The position numbers and the translations under genes are program-made. DNA of 64,000 bases, taken from Prochlorococcus marinus CUG1433. GTDB lineage: Bacteria > Cyanobacteriota > Cyanobacteriia > PCC-6307 > Cyanobiaceae. The stretch is from positions 41,268-105,267 of the forward strand of contig JAEPLN010000002.1 in the NCBI GenBank assembly GCA_017644425.1, written 5' to 3'. The notes under the pieces are model-generated. The model was not told the DNA's origin. It worked only from the letters and a program-made list of their open reading frames with translations, and did no database searches. This document shows positions 1 through 12,394 of this stretch, one piece after another. Position 1 is the first letter of the stretch. The number at the start of each line of letters is the position of its first letter.

Positions 1-175
1 AGTCAGTTGGTGTGAGAGGTAAAAATTGCCAGTATTTGACCCCATGCTTATGAAGCTTTTTTATCCACTCTTTAGCTCCTCTACCAAAAGTTCCACATAC
101 TCTTCCTCCTGGTATACATGAAGGATGCATAAGTACGCCTAATGATTTATTTGGAAGAACTTTTTGAATTGACAT
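1..175 (-). CDS. malQ: 4-alpha-glucanotransferase (GH77 amylomaltase), N-terminal fragment running off the window edge
   Basis: Not in the ORF track (short in window). The reverse strand from ATG (175-173) reads MSIQKVLPNKSLGVLMHPSCIPGGRVCGTFGRGAKEWIKKLHKHGVKYWQFLPLTPTD. G-x-L-x-HPS-x-PG ... WQ-x-LPL is the amylomaltase N-terminus as I remember it. Confidence 0.7.
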   Translation of the reverse strand, partial: MSIQKVLPNKSLGVLMHPSCIPGGRVCGTFGRGAKEWIKKLHKHGVKYWQFLPLTPTD

Positions 176-426
176 TTTTTAATAATATTTTGATTCTTTA
201 CAATTAAATTGTTATTAATTCTCCAGATCTAAACATATACATATTTTTATTAATTGACAAATAATTATCCGAGTGTTTTGTGAAAATTAAAGATAAATCC
301 GATTTTTTCCAATTTATTTTTAATTTTGCTTAAGAGATGTCACTTTTGAGAAGATCTAGTTATTATCTTTTGCGAAATTCACATAAACGACTACGATAAG
401 GATATAGTTTTTATAGTGCTAATTTC

Positions 427-1422
427 GTGACAAGTTTCATCACGGCAGTGCAGAATAAAGAATCAAATTTTAATCTAACTAACAGTAGATTAAGGCTGGT
501 AAGTGGAACATCAAATCCTAAATTAGCTGATGAAATTGCTGCTTACTTAGGGATTAAGAATGTACCACTGATATCCAAAAGATTTGCGGATGGAGAGCTT
601 TATGTTCAGATTCAGCAATCCATTAGAGGTTGTGATGTATTTCTCATACAACCCACATGCGCTCCTGTGAATGATAGTTTGATGGAACTTATGATTATGG
701 TTGATGCTTGTAAGAGGGCCTCTGCCAGACAAATAACAGCCGTAATCCCTTATTTTGGATATGCAAGGGCAGATAGAAAGACTTCTGGAAGAGAATCTAT
801 AACTGCAAAACTTACTGCTAATCTACTAGAGAAATCAGGAGTGGATAGAGTCCTTGCTATGGATTTACATTCAGCTCAAATACAAGGTTATTTTGATATT
901 CCCTGCGATCATATTTATGGCTCTCCTGTATTGATTGATTACTTAGAAACTTTAAATTTAAAGGAAGTTGTAGTTGTCTCTCCAGACGTAGGTGGAGTAG
1001 CTAGAGCGAGAGCATTTGCAAAATTAATGAAAGATGCTCCATTGGCTATAATTGATAAAAGGAGATCAGCTCATAATACAGCCGAAAGCTTAACAGTCAT
1101 AGGAGAAGTTAAAGGAAAAACCGCTATTCTCATAGATGACATGATAGACACAGGTGGAACAATTTGTTCTGGAGCTAATTTATTAAAGAAAGAGGGTGCT
1201 AAAAGTATATTTGCATGTGCCTCACACGCTGTATTCTCCCCTCCTTCCTATGAAAGATTAAGTGCAAAAGATTTATTCGAACAGGTTATTGTAACTAACA
1301 GTATTCCGGTTCTTGTTAAAGATAATTTCCCACAATTAAAAGTCCTTTCTGTAGCAAATATGCTAGGTGAAGCTATCTGGAGAATTCATGAAGAGAGCTC
1401 CGTCAGTTCAATGTTCAGATAA
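427..1422 (+). CDS. prs: ribose-phosphate pyrophosphokinase (PRPP synthetase)
   Basis: 331-aa ORF with GTG start. Prs-like throughout, including VVVSPDVGG and the PRPP-binding loop ILIDDMIDTGGT. Confidence 0.95.
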   Translation: MTSFITAVQNKESNFNLTNSRLRLVSGTSNPKLADEIAAYLGIKNVPLISKRFADGELYVQIQQSIRGCDVFLIQPTCAPVNDSLMELMIMVDACKRASARQITAVIPYFGYARADRKTSGRESITAKLTANLLEKSGVDRVLAMDLHSAQIQGYFDIPCDHIYGSPVLIDYLETLNLKEVVVVSPDVGGVARARAFAKLMKDAPLAIIDKRRSAHNTAESLTVIGEVKGKTAILIDDMIDTGGTICSGANLLKKEGAKSIFACASHAVFSPPSYERLSAKDLFEQVIVTNSIPVLVKDNFPQLKVLSVANMLGEAIWRIHEESSVSSMFR

Positions 1423-1431
1423 ATATAAAGG

Positions 1432-1872
1432 TTATTTTTTAGTTTTATTAATTAGTTCCTTCAATCTTTTTTCATAATCATTTTTTATTTTCTTTGGAAT
1501 GCTCTCAGGACAAATATTTAGAGCACTCCCAACTATCTGAAATGTTCCTGAATTATATAATCTTTTTTCGTTAATTTTTTCTTTTCCTAATTCCTTAATA
1601 ACGCCGCCATGCTTGCCAATTATTACATTCGCAAAAGTAGCGCTCGCGATACCAAGGCCTTTATTAAAATCTACTTCAGCTTTAGAGGCTATACAAAGAT
1701 ATGATGCCCCCATTTGTCGATATAAGAAAAGATCTTTTTCAGTAGCTGCTACTAAATTTTTTTCAGCTTTAATTGGTTGAGTAATTAAATTAATCTCAAA
1801 AAGTGTAAAGGGTATTAAAATGCTGGTTCCTATAAAAAGAAGAAATCTTTTTGAATAAAAATTAATACCCAT
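1432..1872 (-). CDS. hypothetical protein with N-terminal signal/anchor helix
   Basis: 146-aa ORF with a hydrophobic N-terminus (FLLFIGTSILIPFTLF). Fills the gap between flanking genes. No family recognised. Confidence 0.55.
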   Translation of the reverse strand: MGINFYSKRFLLFIGTSILIPFTLFEINLITQPIKAEKNLVAATEKDLFLYRQMGASYLCIASKAEVDFNKGLGIASATFANVIIGKHGGVIKELGKEKINEKRLYNSGTFQIVGSALNICPESIPKKIKNDYEKRLKELINKTKK

Positions 1873-1934
1873 TAAATAACAATATTTACCTTAAGATAAC
1901 ATTTCTGATTTTAATATTTATTAATGAATTGAAC

Positions 1935-2477
1935 TTATTTAATAATTTTTATTTCGTGATGATTCTCTACTATTCTTAAATTGTTTTTATTCCATGAATA
2001 TATAACCCTAAATCTGTAATTGTCGGAATCTACCAGTCTTGTATGTTCAATAATATACCAATCTTCATAAGTAGATTCAAAAATCATTTCGTGTTCATCG
2101 ACTTGTTTAATATTTGATATTCCTTCAACATTACTTAAATAAAAATTTTCCCTAACAAGTTGATGTCCTCTTAAGACTGCTTGCATTTCCCCTTGTTCTT
2201 TGTATTGCGGATTTTCGTCAAAGAAATTATATTTTTTTTCTGGATACCAAGAAAATTTATAGTTAGATTCCCACTCTGATTTATTCTCGAGAGCTTGAAT
2301 TTCAATATTCATACATAAATTATAAGTTTTTTTCCCTTCATCAAGAAAATACGTTCTATTAGATTTCCAAAGTCCAATATTTCTAGAAAACCACCTTTTT
2401 AAATTACTATTTAAATTAATTTCTGGAGAATTATTTTCACCAAAATTTAGGTTTTTCTTTTGATTAATAACTACCAT
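1935..2477 (-). CDS. CpcS/CpeS-like (phycobiliprotein-lyase-type lipocalin fold) protein, tentative
   Basis: 180-aa ORF. FSRNIGLWKSNRTYF resembles the G-x-W-x-S-x-R signature near the N-terminus of CpcS/CpeS proteins (from memory). The rest looks beta-rich. Confidence 0.4.
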   Translation of the reverse strand: MVVINQKKNLNFGENNSPEINLNSNLKRWFSRNIGLWKSNRTYFLDEGKKTYNLCMNIEIQALENKSEWESNYKFSWYPEKKYNFFDENPQYKEQGEMQAVLRGHQLVRENFYLSNVEGISNIKQVDEHEMIFESTYEDWYIIEHTRLVDSDNYRFRVIYSWNKNNLRIVENHHEIKIIK

Positions 2478-2574
2478 TTATAAATATGTCCTCTTTATTT
2501 CATAGCTTATCTGTAGAATAAATATAAATATCTTAATGTGTTCATAAGGATTAACAGCTTTTCAACACTTCAGG

Positions 2575-3702
2575 GTGAATCATTTGAATGATAAAAAAGA
2601 GCTAAAGTTAATACTCATAGCAGCTAGAAATCAACTTTCTAGCGCTGATATAAAGTCTTTACTAGCTTATTTAGAATCAGATGATTGTAAATTTGAAATA
2701 TCTCTTCAGATTTCAGAACCTACAGAGCAGCCTGAATTACTTGAATTGCATAGATTAGTAGCAATTCCGGCTCTTATAAAAGTTTCTCCAGCTCCAAAGC
2801 AAATATTTGCTGGAAGTAATATTTTTTCTCAACTACAGAAATGGTTGCCGAGGTGGACACAAGAGGGCTTAACAAAAAATCTAGGAATTAATTTACAACC
2901 ATCTAAAATTGATTCAACAAGAACTCAAAAAGAATTTCTTCTTGAAGACGAACTTCTTGTTTTAAGACAAGAAAATGAGACCTTAACGAAAAGAATAGAA
3001 TCGCAAGAGAGATTATTAAGAATGGTCGCGCACGAATTAAGAACCCCCTTAACAGCCGCCACTTTGGCAGTTCAGAGTCAAAAACTTGGACAAATAAATA
3101 TTGCAAAATTGCAAGAGGTCATTAAAAGACGGTTAGAAGAGATTGAACTCTTATCTCAAGACCTTTTAGAGGTTGGAACAACCAAATGGGAAGCGTTATT
3201 TAATCCTCAGAAAATTGATTTGGGTAGTATTAGTGCTGAAGTAATACTTGAATTAGAGAAATTTTGGAGAATAAGGAATATTGAAATTGATACTGATATT
3301 CCATCAGACCTGCCAGATGTATTCGCAGATCAAAGAAGAATGAGGCAAGTATTTTTAAATTTAATTGAAAATGCAATTAAATTTTCTGAAGACGCAGGGT
3401 CTATAAAAATTACAATGATTCACAAAACGAATCAATGGGTAGAAATAACAATTTGTGACAAAGGTGCAGGTATTCCTTTGAGCGAACAAAAAAGAATTTT
3501 TCTTGATAGAGTCAGGCTTCCACAGACTTCTGAAGGTACTTCAGGATTTGGGATTGGGTTATCTGTATGTAGGAGAATAGTGCAAGTACATGGGGGAAGA
3601 ATATGGGTGGTATCTGAAATTGGTGTAGGCTCATGCTTCCATTTTACTGTTCCTGTGTGGCAAGGACAAAACAAAGAGCAACAATACTTGACGAAAGGCT
3701 AG
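2575..3702 (+). CDS. sasA: adaptive-response sensor histidine kinase SasA (KaiB-like N-domain plus HisKA/HATPase)
   Basis: 375 aa. The N-terminus is KaiB/thioredoxin-like ([11 protein letters not shown] ... [13 protein letters not shown]). H-box AHELRTPL, N-box [10 protein letters not shown]-boxes DKGAGIP and GFGIGLS. Confidence 0.9.
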   Translation: MNHLNDKKELKLILIAARNQLSSADIKSLLAYLESDDCKFEISLQISEPTEQPELLELHRLVAIPALIKVSPAPKQIFAGSNIFSQLQKWLPRWTQEGLTKNLGINLQPSKIDSTRTQKEFLLEDELLVLRQENETLTKRIESQERLLRMVAHELRTPLTAATLAVQSQKLGQINIAKLQEVIKRRLEEIELLSQDLLEVGTTKWEALFNPQKIDLGSISAEVILELEKFWRIRNIEIDTDIPSDLPDVFADQRRMRQVFLNLIENAIKFSEDAGSIKITMIHKTNQWVEITICDKGAGIPLSEQKRIFLDRVRLPQTSEGTSGFGIGLSVCRRIVQVHGGRIWVVSEIGVGSCFHFTVPVWQGQNKEQQYLTKG

Positions 3703-3744
3703 GCTTACTCTTAATTTTTAATAAGCTGTTATGCTGATTCCTGT

Positions 3745-3817
3745 GGCCCCATCGTCTAGAGGCCTAGGACACCTCCCTTTCACGGAGGCGACAGGGGTTC
3801 GAATCCCCTTGGGGCTA
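3745..3817 (+). tRNA. trnE: tRNA-Glu (anticodon UUC)
   Basis: 73 nt. Acceptor stem GGCCCCA/TGGGGCT (one G-U pair), anticodon stem CCTCC/GGAGG with loop CTTTCAC, T-arm GGGGTTCGAATCCCC. Very close to the cyanobacterial/plastid tRNA-Glu I remember. Confidence 0.9.
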
Positions 3818-3834
3818 TTATTAAAATTTTTAAA

Positions 3835-4371
3835 CTAATTTTTTGAGGATTTAGCTTGTCTATCTACGGCAATTAAATTTTCAGAAAGATCCTTTTTCAG
3901 CCTTTTCTCTATCATTCCTATAGGCATCCACTGACACCCTTGAACAGTTAGATCGTAAATTAATGAATTTTTTGAAGTATCCTTAATTTTTTGAATTTTC
4001 CAACTTCCTTCAAATTTTCTGAAATCTCCTTTAATTAAATCAAATTTTAAAAGGCCAAGCTCCTTATCTTCAAATAAATCGATAGTTACTTCAGCTGAAA
4101 ATTTCATTCCAAGAAAATCCTGAGCCCCAACTTGTTTTAAATGTACATTATTGTTTTTTTGATATATTTTTTTACTCGACAATAGATTGGGTATGTAAAG
4201 ATTTAGCCGATCATAGTCTGTTAAAACATTCCACAATGAATCAAAACTTGCAGAAGTTGTAAGTTGAGCTGCAAGTCTTCTTGTTCCGCCAGAAAGCTTT
4301 TCCATCGTTTGCTCAATTGTCCTGTAATCAATAGTTTTAGAATGATGTACTGATTCTTGAGGATTATTCAT
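3835..4371 (-). CDS. SRPBCC (START / polyketide cyclase-dehydrase-like) family protein
   Basis: 178-aa ORF. Size and pattern (WNVLTDYDRLNLYIPNL ... GDFRKFEGSW) fit cyclase/dehydrase-type SRPBCC proteins. Confidence 0.6.
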   Translation of the reverse strand: MNNPQESVHHSKTIDYRTIEQTMEKLSGGTRRLAAQLTTSASFDSLWNVLTDYDRLNLYIPNLLSSKKIYQKNNNVHLKQVGAQDFLGMKFSAEVTIDLFEDKELGLLKFDLIKGDFRKFEGSWKIQKIKDTSKNSLIYDLTVQGCQWMPIGMIEKRLKKDLSENLIAVDRQAKSSKN

Positions 4372-4550
4372 AAACGAATTTTTTAATTAGATAAAAAATT
4401 ATTTCTGTGTAACTATACTGATAAAAACAATAAATACTGAAAAATAAAAATAATTCTATTAAATTATTCCGATCTCAAAACGTAACCATTTTTGTAAAAT
4501 AACAACAAATTAAACTACAAATTGATAATCTTTTATATATAGAAAACTAA

Positions 4551-5663
<1,113 letters not shown>

Positions 5664-5773
5664 TATTTTTTTATTTAGATTCAGGTTTAACTTACTAAAT
5701 ACTTTTTGGTTTAGACACAATATGTAGCTAATTTTAGAAAAAAATAGGATTTTAAAATAAGAATACTAAAAAG

Positions 5774-7297
5774 ATGCACTCAACTTTAAGTAATCCTCTA
5801 AGATTAGGTTTACGACAGGAAAGAGTAATTTTTCCTCAATGCTTAGTAATATTTGGTGCTAGTGGAGACCTTACTCATAGAAAATTAATACCAGCCTTAT
5901 TTGAACTCTATTTGCAAAGAAGAATTCCTAGTGAATTTGGAATCATTGGTTGTGCGAGAAGACCTTGGACTGATAATGAGTTTAGAGAAAAGATGAAAGT
6001 AAAGCTATCTAATCAAATAGCTGGAAAAGAAAGGGAGTGGGAACAATTTTCTAATTATCTTTTCTATGAACCAGTTGATTTACAACAAAGTGATCATGTC
6101 GTACGGCTTTCTAAAAGATTAAATGAAATTGATAAAACACAAGCTACTCATGGGAATAGAACATTTTATTTATCAGTTTCTCCTAATTTCTATGCAAGTG
6201 GATGTAAAGCTCTTAAAGCAGCTGGCCTCTTAGATGACCCTAAGAAAAGTCGTTTAGTGATTGAAAAACCTTTTGGAAGAGATTATTCAAGTGCAAAAAA
6301 ATTAAATAAGATAGTTCAAAGTTGTGCTGAAGAAAGTCAGATTTATAGGATTGATCATTATTTAGGTAAAGAGACGGTTCAAAATATTCTTGTTTTAAGG
6401 TTTGCGAACACTATTTTTGAACCAATATGGAACAGAAATTATATATCAAGTATTCAAATTACTTCATCTGAAACAGTAGGTGTTGAAGATCGAGCAGGTT
6501 ATTACGAAAGCTCTGGTGCTTTAAGAGATATGCTTCAAAATCATATGACTCAAATGCTTGCTGTTACTGCTATGGAACCTCCTGGGAAATTTGAACCAGA
6601 AGCAATAAGAAATGAAAAAGCTAAGGTTCTTCAAGCTTCAAAACTTGCTGACGAAAATGAACCTTGGAATTGTTGCATAAGAGGTCAATATGGAGAAGGA
6701 GGAAACATCTCAAATCGACTCAAAGGTTATAGGCAGGAAGATGGGGTTAATTGTAATAGCACAACAGAAACTTATATCGCGACAAAAGTTTTCGTTGATA
6801 ACTGGCGTTGGCAAGGGGTTCCTTTTTACTTGAGAACAGGAAAAAGATTACCTAAAAGGCTTGGAGAAATAGTCCTAACTTTTAAGGATGTTCCTGTCCA
6901 TTTATTTGAATCGACAATAATTAATCCTGCCCCAAATCAACTTATCCTTAGAATTCAGCCAAATGAAGGTGCTACTTTCAAGTTTGAAGTAAAATCTCCT
7001 GGCTCTGGAATGAAATCCAGACCTGTTGAGATGGAGTTTTCTTACGATGAATCATTTGGTGAACCCTCAGATGAAGGCTATGTAAGATTATTAGCTGATG
7101 CAATGCTTTCTGACCCAACCTTATTTACTAGAAGTGATGAAGTCGAGGCTGCCTGGAAACTTTATACGCCATTAATAGAATTGATGGATAATTCCCCTTG
7201 GAAGTTACCTATTTATAATTATGAATCTATGACTTGGGGACCTCCTGAGTCGGATCAATTACTTTCAAAAGATAATATTTTCTGGCGCAGACCTTAA
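5774..7297 (+). CDS. zwf: glucose-6-phosphate 1-dehydrogenase
   Basis: 507 aa. NADP site FGASGDLTHRKL and active-site peptide RIDHYLGKE. Confidence 0.95.
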   Translation: MHSTLSNPLRLGLRQERVIFPQCLVIFGASGDLTHRKLIPALFELYLQRRIPSEFGIIGCARRPWTDNEFREKMKVKLSNQIAGKEREWEQFSNYLFYEPVDLQQSDHVVRLSKRLNEIDKTQATHGNRTFYLSVSPNFYASGCKALKAAGLLDDPKKSRLVIEKPFGRDYSSAKKLNKIVQSCAEESQIYRIDHYLGKETVQNILVLRFANTIFEPIWNRNYISSIQITSSETVGVEDRAGYYESSGALRDMLQNHMTQMLAVTAMEPPGKFEPEAIRNEKAKVLQASKLADENEPWNCCIRGQYGEGGNISNRLKGYRQEDGVNCNSTTETYIATKVFVDNWRWQGVPFYLRTGKRLPKRLGEIVLTFKDVPVHLFESTIINPAPNQLILRIQPNEGATFKFEVKSPGSGMKSRPVEMEFSYDESFGEPSDEGYVRLLADAMLSDPTLFTRSDEVEAAWKLYTPLIELMDNSPWKLPIYNYESMTWGPPESDQLLSKDNIFWRRP

Positions 7298-7299
7298 AA

Positions 7300-8601
7300 A
7301 TGAGACCTCAATTAACACTTCAAACCCCATTAGAGCTGCCTTATCAGGAAATTTCTAATTATCTTAACAAATTATGGATTTCAGAAGATAAAGATAATAC
7401 TGGAGCTAATACTTTTACATTAATGGTCTGGCAGCCTTCTTGGTTAGAACAATGTTTGGTTCAAAAAGGATTAGTAAATGGGCCAATTACTGGAAATTTA
7501 AGTCCAGAGATAATTGAAATTGCTAAAAAATTTATATTAGATCAAGGACTTCCTATCAGTACTGCCCTCAACAGTGAAGAATTATTGAATTTATTGAAGG
7601 AAAATTTTTCCAATAAAGACGTTGAAGACTTTAGAGGACAATTTTTTGAATCATCAATAAGTACATTGAATCCAAGAAGATTAATAACTCTAGCTCCAAC
7701 GTTAAATAAGAATCCAGATATCAAAACTTTTGTGTCAGCTTACTGTCCATTAAGTGATACTCCAGATACACAATCTATATGTGGTGATTTAGTTGTAATT
7801 AGAGGGGACTCAGCCTCAATATCCAATAAAGGATTAAAAATAATTGATGAATTATCTATTGATAAATTACCTTCTTGGTTGTGGTGGAATGGAAGCTTGG
7901 ATGAATCCCCTGAAATTTTCGAATATTTTACTGATTATGGTCTAAGGTTAATAATTGATAGTGCTTTTGGATCACCTAATAGATGTCTAAAAGTTTTAGA
8001 TCAATTAAATAATTCAAATAAGGCTATTAATGATTTAAATTGGGTTAGGTTGAAAAATTGGAGGGAGTCATTAGCAATGATTTTTGATCCGCCTTCGAGG
8101 AGACCAATTTTAGATCATATTACTGATATTGATATTGATATTGCAGGAGATCATGTTATTCAAGCTTTGTTTTTGATCTCATGGATTTGCGATAAACTTG
8201 GTTGGTCTTTTCTAAGAGTTGAAAGGCATACAGAATCAACAAAAATAGAGTTTGAAAGGATTAATGGCGAAATAATTTCTGCATCAATTAAACCCCTATC
8301 TTTGGGAAATCCAAGTATTCATTCAGGACAAGTTGTTGGATTGAGGTTGATTTCAAAAATTAGCGAGGTTCAAAAAAATAATACTTGTGTAATTCTTGGT
8401 TGTGAATCAGTGGAATGTATGAGACTTGAAGCAGGGGGAATGGCTAATATGGAATTGATAGAACAAGTTGTTCCAAATTCTTTTTCCACATCAGAGCATG
8501 ATGTTAGTAAATTATTGGGAAGTAGTAGAGGTCATACAAGTCCTCTTTTTGAAAACTCTATTAAAATAGCTCTTCAAATATTTAATGGTTTTAAAAACTA
8601 A
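7300..8601 (+). CDS. opcA: OpcA, G6PDH assembly/allosteric effector protein
   Basis: 433-aa ORF starting 3 nt after the zwf stop. zwf-opcA adjacency is the conserved cyanobacterial arrangement, and the sequence looks OpcA-like from memory. Confidence 0.85.
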   Translation: MRPQLTLQTPLELPYQEISNYLNKLWISEDKDNTGANTFTLMVWQPSWLEQCLVQKGLVNGPITGNLSPEIIEIAKKFILDQGLPISTALNSEELLNLLKENFSNKDVEDFRGQFFESSISTLNPRRLITLAPTLNKNPDIKTFVSAYCPLSDTPDTQSICGDLVVIRGDSASISNKGLKIIDELSIDKLPSWLWWNGSLDESPEIFEYFTDYGLRLIIDSAFGSPNRCLKVLDQLNNSNKAINDLNWVRLKNWRESLAMIFDPPSRRPILDHITDIDIDIAGDHVIQALFLISWICDKLGWSFLRVERHTESTKIEFERINGEIISASIKPLSLGNPSIHSGQVVGLRLISKISEVQKNNTCVILGCESVECMRLEAGGMANMELIEQVVPNSFSTSEHDVSKLLGSSRGHTSPLFENSIKIALQIFNGFKN

Positions 8602-8604
8602 TAA

Positions 8605-9996
8605 ATGCCTTGTGTAATATCTTCTCCTTCAACTGATAGTGGGAAAACTACATTATCGCTTTTGATATCTTGCTGGGCGTTCTCTAAAGGGATAAAGATA
8701 CAAACTTTTAAGGTAGGCCCAGATTATCTTGATCAACAACAGCTTAGTTCTATTGGCCAACCTATTTGTAGGAATTTAGATATTTTTTTAAGTGGTGAGG
8801 AATGGGTCCAAGAAAGTTTTTTAAAACATTCTTTGCAATATGAATTCTCATTAATTGAAGGAGCAATGGGTCTATTTGATGGGTTAGGGTCAACGACCTA
8901 TTCCAGCACAGCAAATATCTCTAAACTTCTCAATGTTCCAGTAATCTTTATTGTTAATGCAAGAGGTCAAGTTGCTTCTCTTTTAGCGACTGTTCGAGGT
9001 TTTAGAGAATTCGATAGTGAGTTGTCAATAGTAGGAATTATATTTAACAACGTTAATTCAGATAGACATAAAAAATTAATCGAAGAAGTTTTTAAAAATG
9101 AAGATATAGAAATTCTTGGTTTTTTACCATCAGATTCAAAAATAACTTTAGACAAAGCTAATTTAGGATTGATTTCTCCATTGGATAATGGTAAAGAAAT
9201 TGATGTTGAATATTTTGCGGATTTCGCTGAAAGAAATCTTGATGTATTTTCTCTAATTAAATTCCTAAAATCTCCTCAACAAAAAATACTTAATTCTGTC
9301 AGTTTTGAAGATTTAAAAATTGATAAAAGTAAACCTATTGCAATTGCAGAAGATAAAATCTTTCATTTTCAATACCCCGAAACTAAGGAGTTTTTGAGTG
9401 AAATAGGAATTCCATTGATTTCATGGAGTATTTTTGATAATGAAGAAATACCTAGTGAGGCTTCTTCTTTAATTATTCCAGGGGGATTCCCTGAAAAATA
9501 CGCTTATCACATTAGTAACTCAATAAAAAGCTTAAATTCGTTAAGGAAATTCCGCAAAAATGGATTTATATATGCAGAGTGTGGAGGGATGATGATTTTA
9601 GGAGACTTTATAAAAGATGAAAATGGTAATAATCATAAAATGAGTGGTATCCTGCCTTTTAGATCAAAAAAAAGTAAACTTTCAGTAGGTTATAGATATA
9701 TTGAGGGTTTAAAAGATACTCCGATCATTAAACAAAATCAATTAATTAGAGGACATGAATTTCATTATTGGGAAATTGAAAATTATTTATCTGAACATGA
9801 TTTAAGAAAAGCTGAACATCAGAAGAAAATTTCTTCCCCATGGAAAATTAAATCTTGGAAAACTGAATACAAAAATGAAGGCTTTTTTGATGATAAATTA
9901 CATGCAAGTTGGATTCATTTACATTTGCCAAGTTCTCCAGAAGTTGCAAAAAACTTTTTAGATGCCACCCAAATTAGTTTTTCAAAAGATTCTTAA
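8605..9996 (+). CDS. cobB: cobyrinic acid a,c-diamide synthase
   Basis: 463 aa. N-terminal CobB/CobQ-type ATPase (SSPSTDSGKTT) and C-terminal glutamine amidotransferase with nucleophile context YAECGGMM. Confidence 0.9.
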   Translation: MPCVISSPSTDSGKTTLSLLISCWAFSKGIKIQTFKVGPDYLDQQQLSSIGQPICRNLDIFLSGEEWVQESFLKHSLQYEFSLIEGAMGLFDGLGSTTYSSTANISKLLNVPVIFIVNARGQVASLLATVRGFREFDSELSIVGIIFNNVNSDRHKKLIEEVFKNEDIEILGFLPSDSKITLDKANLGLISPLDNGKEIDVEYFADFAERNLDVFSLIKFLKSPQQKILNSVSFEDLKIDKSKPIAIAEDKIFHFQYPETKEFLSEIGIPLISWSIFDNEEIPSEASSLIIPGGFPEKYAYHISNSIKSLNSLRKFRKNGFIYAECGGMMILGDFIKDENGNNHKMSGILPFRSKKSKLSVGYRYIEGLKDTPIIKQNQLIRGHEFHYWEIENYLSEHDLRKAEHQKKISSPWKIKSWKTEYKNEGFFDDKLHASWIHLHLPSSPEVAKNFLDATQISFSKDS

Positions 9997-10472
9997 TTCA
10001 TTATCAAATCAAATATTTTGAGAGGGGAACCTAAAAAAAACATTCCAGGCAAAGTAATTAATGGTCCTAAAAAACTCCCCACTATGACTTCAACTTTTGT
10101 ATGCCCAAGGGTTTCTTTTAAAAATAATTCAGATTGAGGGTCTAGTTTTTTTGATATTTTATTGATTTCTGCAGCTTGTATTCCAGCTGATTTTCGAACG
10201 CCACTAGCGTCATACATAACTATTAGTGCTACAGCAACCGATAATGCGAATAATGAGCTATCAAATCCCAACTCATAACCTATACCAGATGCAGCACCAG
10301 TTATTAAGGCGGAATGACTTGAAGGCATACCACCTGTTTCAAACATAATTCCGAATCTTAACGTTCCTGTAGAAAAGAAATTAAATATGATCTTAAAAAA
10401 TTGAGCTAATAAACAAGCTAATAAACTCCAGAAAAGAACAGAATTATTAAAAAAGGAAATAAACTCAGACAT
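9993..10472 (-). CDS. divergent PAP2 / DUF212 (acid phosphatase, vanadium-haloperoxidase-related) membrane protein
   Basis: 159 aa with several TM helices. GGMPSSHSA motif typical of DUF212. Overlaps the cobB stop by 4 nt (convergent). Confidence 0.75.
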   Translation of the reverse strand: MSEFISFFNNSVLFWSLLACLLAQFFKIIFNFFSTGTLRFGIMFETGGMPSSHSALITGAASGIGYELGFDSSLFALSVAVALIVMYDASGVRKSAGIQAAEINKISKKLDPQSELFLKETLGHTKVEVIVGSFLGPLITLPGMFFLGSPLKIFDLIMN

Positions 10473-10484
10473 AAATTTAATTTT

Positions 10485-11387
10485 TTATCTATCTCTATTC
10501 GTAATAAAGTCAGCTAGGGATATTAAATACTTTGCATCTGGACCCCAAGGTTCAATTGCCTTTTTTGCTTTTTCTACTAAATCAATAGCTCTTTTCTTTG
10601 ACTCTTCCATTCCAAGTAATTTTGGATATGTAGTTTTGTCAGCTAAAAGATCTTTACCTGCGGTTTTCCCAAGTGTTTCACTGCTTGAAGTCAAATCGAG
10701 GATATCATCTATGATTTGAAATGCTAACCCTATCCCCTCTGCATATATTGTTAGAGCTTGTAATAATTTTTCATTAGCTCCTGCTATCATCGCACCTGTT
10801 CTTACGCAGGCTTTTAATAAAGCTCCAGTTTTATGAAGATGTATATATTCGAGTGTTTCAAGGTCAACTTCTTTGCCTTCACACTCTAAATCAACAACTT
10901 GCCCCCCTACGAGGCCGGGTGCACCAGCAACTAAGGATAGTTCACCAACTACATTTAATAATCTAGTGGGATCGACTCCAGGGCTTCTTAAAGAAACCAT
11001 TTCAAAAGCCCTGGTTAATAATGCATCGCCAGCAAGAATAGCTATCGCATCTCCATAAACTTTATGATTTGTTGGCCGTCCTCTTCTCAAGTCATCATTG
11101 TCCATCGCTGGTAAATCATCATGAATCAAGGACATGGTATGAATCATCTCTATCGCTACTGCAGTAGGAACAGCTAGCGATGGTTCTCCTCCAGCTAGTG
11201 AACAAGATGCTAAACATAAAATTGGACGTATTCTTTTCCCTCCAGCTAAAAGTGAATATCTCATTGATTCTCTTAGTATTTCTGGATTCTCAGGGCCTAG
11301 GGAGAAATCAAGTGCTTCTTCTACGACCTTTTTTGTGTCTTGGAGATATTTTTCGAAATCAGGAATATTTTTTATAACTTCATTCAT
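10485..11387 (-). CDS. crtE: geranylgeranyl diphosphate synthase (polyprenyl synthetase family)
   Basis: 300 aa. First and second Asp-rich motifs [17 protein letters not shown] and QIIDDILD. Confidence 0.9.
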   Translation of the reverse strand: MNEVIKNIPDFEKYLQDTKKVVEEALDFSLGPENPEILRESMRYSLLAGGKRIRPILCLASCSLAGGEPSLAVPTAVAIEMIHTMSLIHDDLPAMDNDDLRRGRPTNHKVYGDAIAILAGDALLTRAFEMVSLRSPGVDPTRLLNVVGELSLVAGAPGLVGGQVVDLECEGKEVDLETLEYIHLHKTGALLKACVRTGAMIAGANEKLLQALTIYAEGIGLAFQIIDDILDLTSSSETLGKTAGKDLLADKTTYPKLLGMEESKKRAIDLVEKAKKAIEPWGPDAKYLISLADFITNRDR

Positions 11388-11423
11388 TTTATATCTTTAG
11401 TAATAATTTTTTCATCTTTGGAT

Positions 11424-12320
11424 TTATGGCAATAGGTCATTAAGAGTTGATGATAAACCAAATTGTTTTTGCCAGCTGGAAATAGTATTTACCAGTAACA
11501 TTGTTACAGTCATTGGTCCAACACCTCCAGGCACAGGTGTGTAAGCAAATACTTTAGGAATAACATCTTCTAATAATACATCTCCACATAATCGGGTTTT
11601 ATTTTTGTCGGAACTTTTTAATCTATGTATTCCAACATCAATAATTACTGCTCCCTCCTTCACAAAACTAGAGTCAATGAGATTAGGTTTTCCTGCAGCA
11701 GCGATTAGTATGTCAGCTTCTTTACAGACTTTATTTAAATTTAATGTTTTTGAATGAGTCATTGTTACAGTGCCATTTAGATTTAATAACATCAGTGATA
11801 AAGGCTTCCCAACTAGTAAACTTCTTCCAATAACAACAATTTTCTTACCTTCAATTGAAATATTTTGGGATCTTAGTAAATTAATAATTCCTGCAGGTGT
11901 ACAAGATCTCATTGCTGGCTCATTTTTAACTAATTTACCAATGTTTTTTTCATTTAATCCATCAACATCTTTGCTTGGATTGATAAAACTAATTAATCTT
12001 TGCTCATCAAACTTTTTTGCGATGGGCAGTTGTAGCAACATTCCATCAATCGTATTGTCAAAGTTAAGTTTGTTTATTAATTCTTCAACTTCTTTTTGTT
12101 CTACATTTTCTTTTAGGTGAAAGATAAAGCTTTTAATTCCAACTCTTGAACATGCTTTTTCCTTATTCTTAACATAAACACCACTTGCTGGGTCCTCCCC
12201 TATTCTTATTACGGCTAAACCGGGAGCTCTTTTTGCAATTTTTTGATTACTAGAAATATAGTTAATTAATTTTTCCTCAATTTCAAGAGATAATTTTTTA
12301 CCATCTAATTTTAATGACAT
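11424..12320 (-). CDS. folD: bifunctional methylenetetrahydrofolate dehydrogenase / methenyl-THF cyclohydrolase
   Basis: 298 aa. FolD-like throughout ([30 protein letters not shown]). Confidence 0.95.
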   Translation of the reverse strand: MSLKLDGKKLSLEIEEKLINYISSNQKIAKRAPGLAVIRIGEDPASGVYVKNKEKACSRVGIKSFIFHLKENVEQKEVEELINKLNFDNTIDGMLLQLPIAKKFDEQRLISFINPSKDVDGLNEKNIGKLVKNEPAMRSCTPAGIINLLRSQNISIEGKKIVVIGRSLLVGKPLSLMLLNLNGTVTMTHSKTLNLNKVCKEADILIAAAGKPNLIDSSFVKEGAVIIDVGIHRLKSSDKNKTRLCGDVLLEDVIPKVFAYTPVPGGVGPMTVTMLLVNTISSWQKQFGLSSTLNDLLP

Positions 12321-12394
12321 TTAGAAAAACATCTCCCTTTTACACCTAGCATGCCTATAATCTTAAATTAATCAAATAGATTTATTCATATTCT

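Noticed and set aside
8125-8142. GATATT x3 microsatellite
   Set aside because: It is in frame inside opcA (encodes DIDIDI) and is a trivial short coding repeat.
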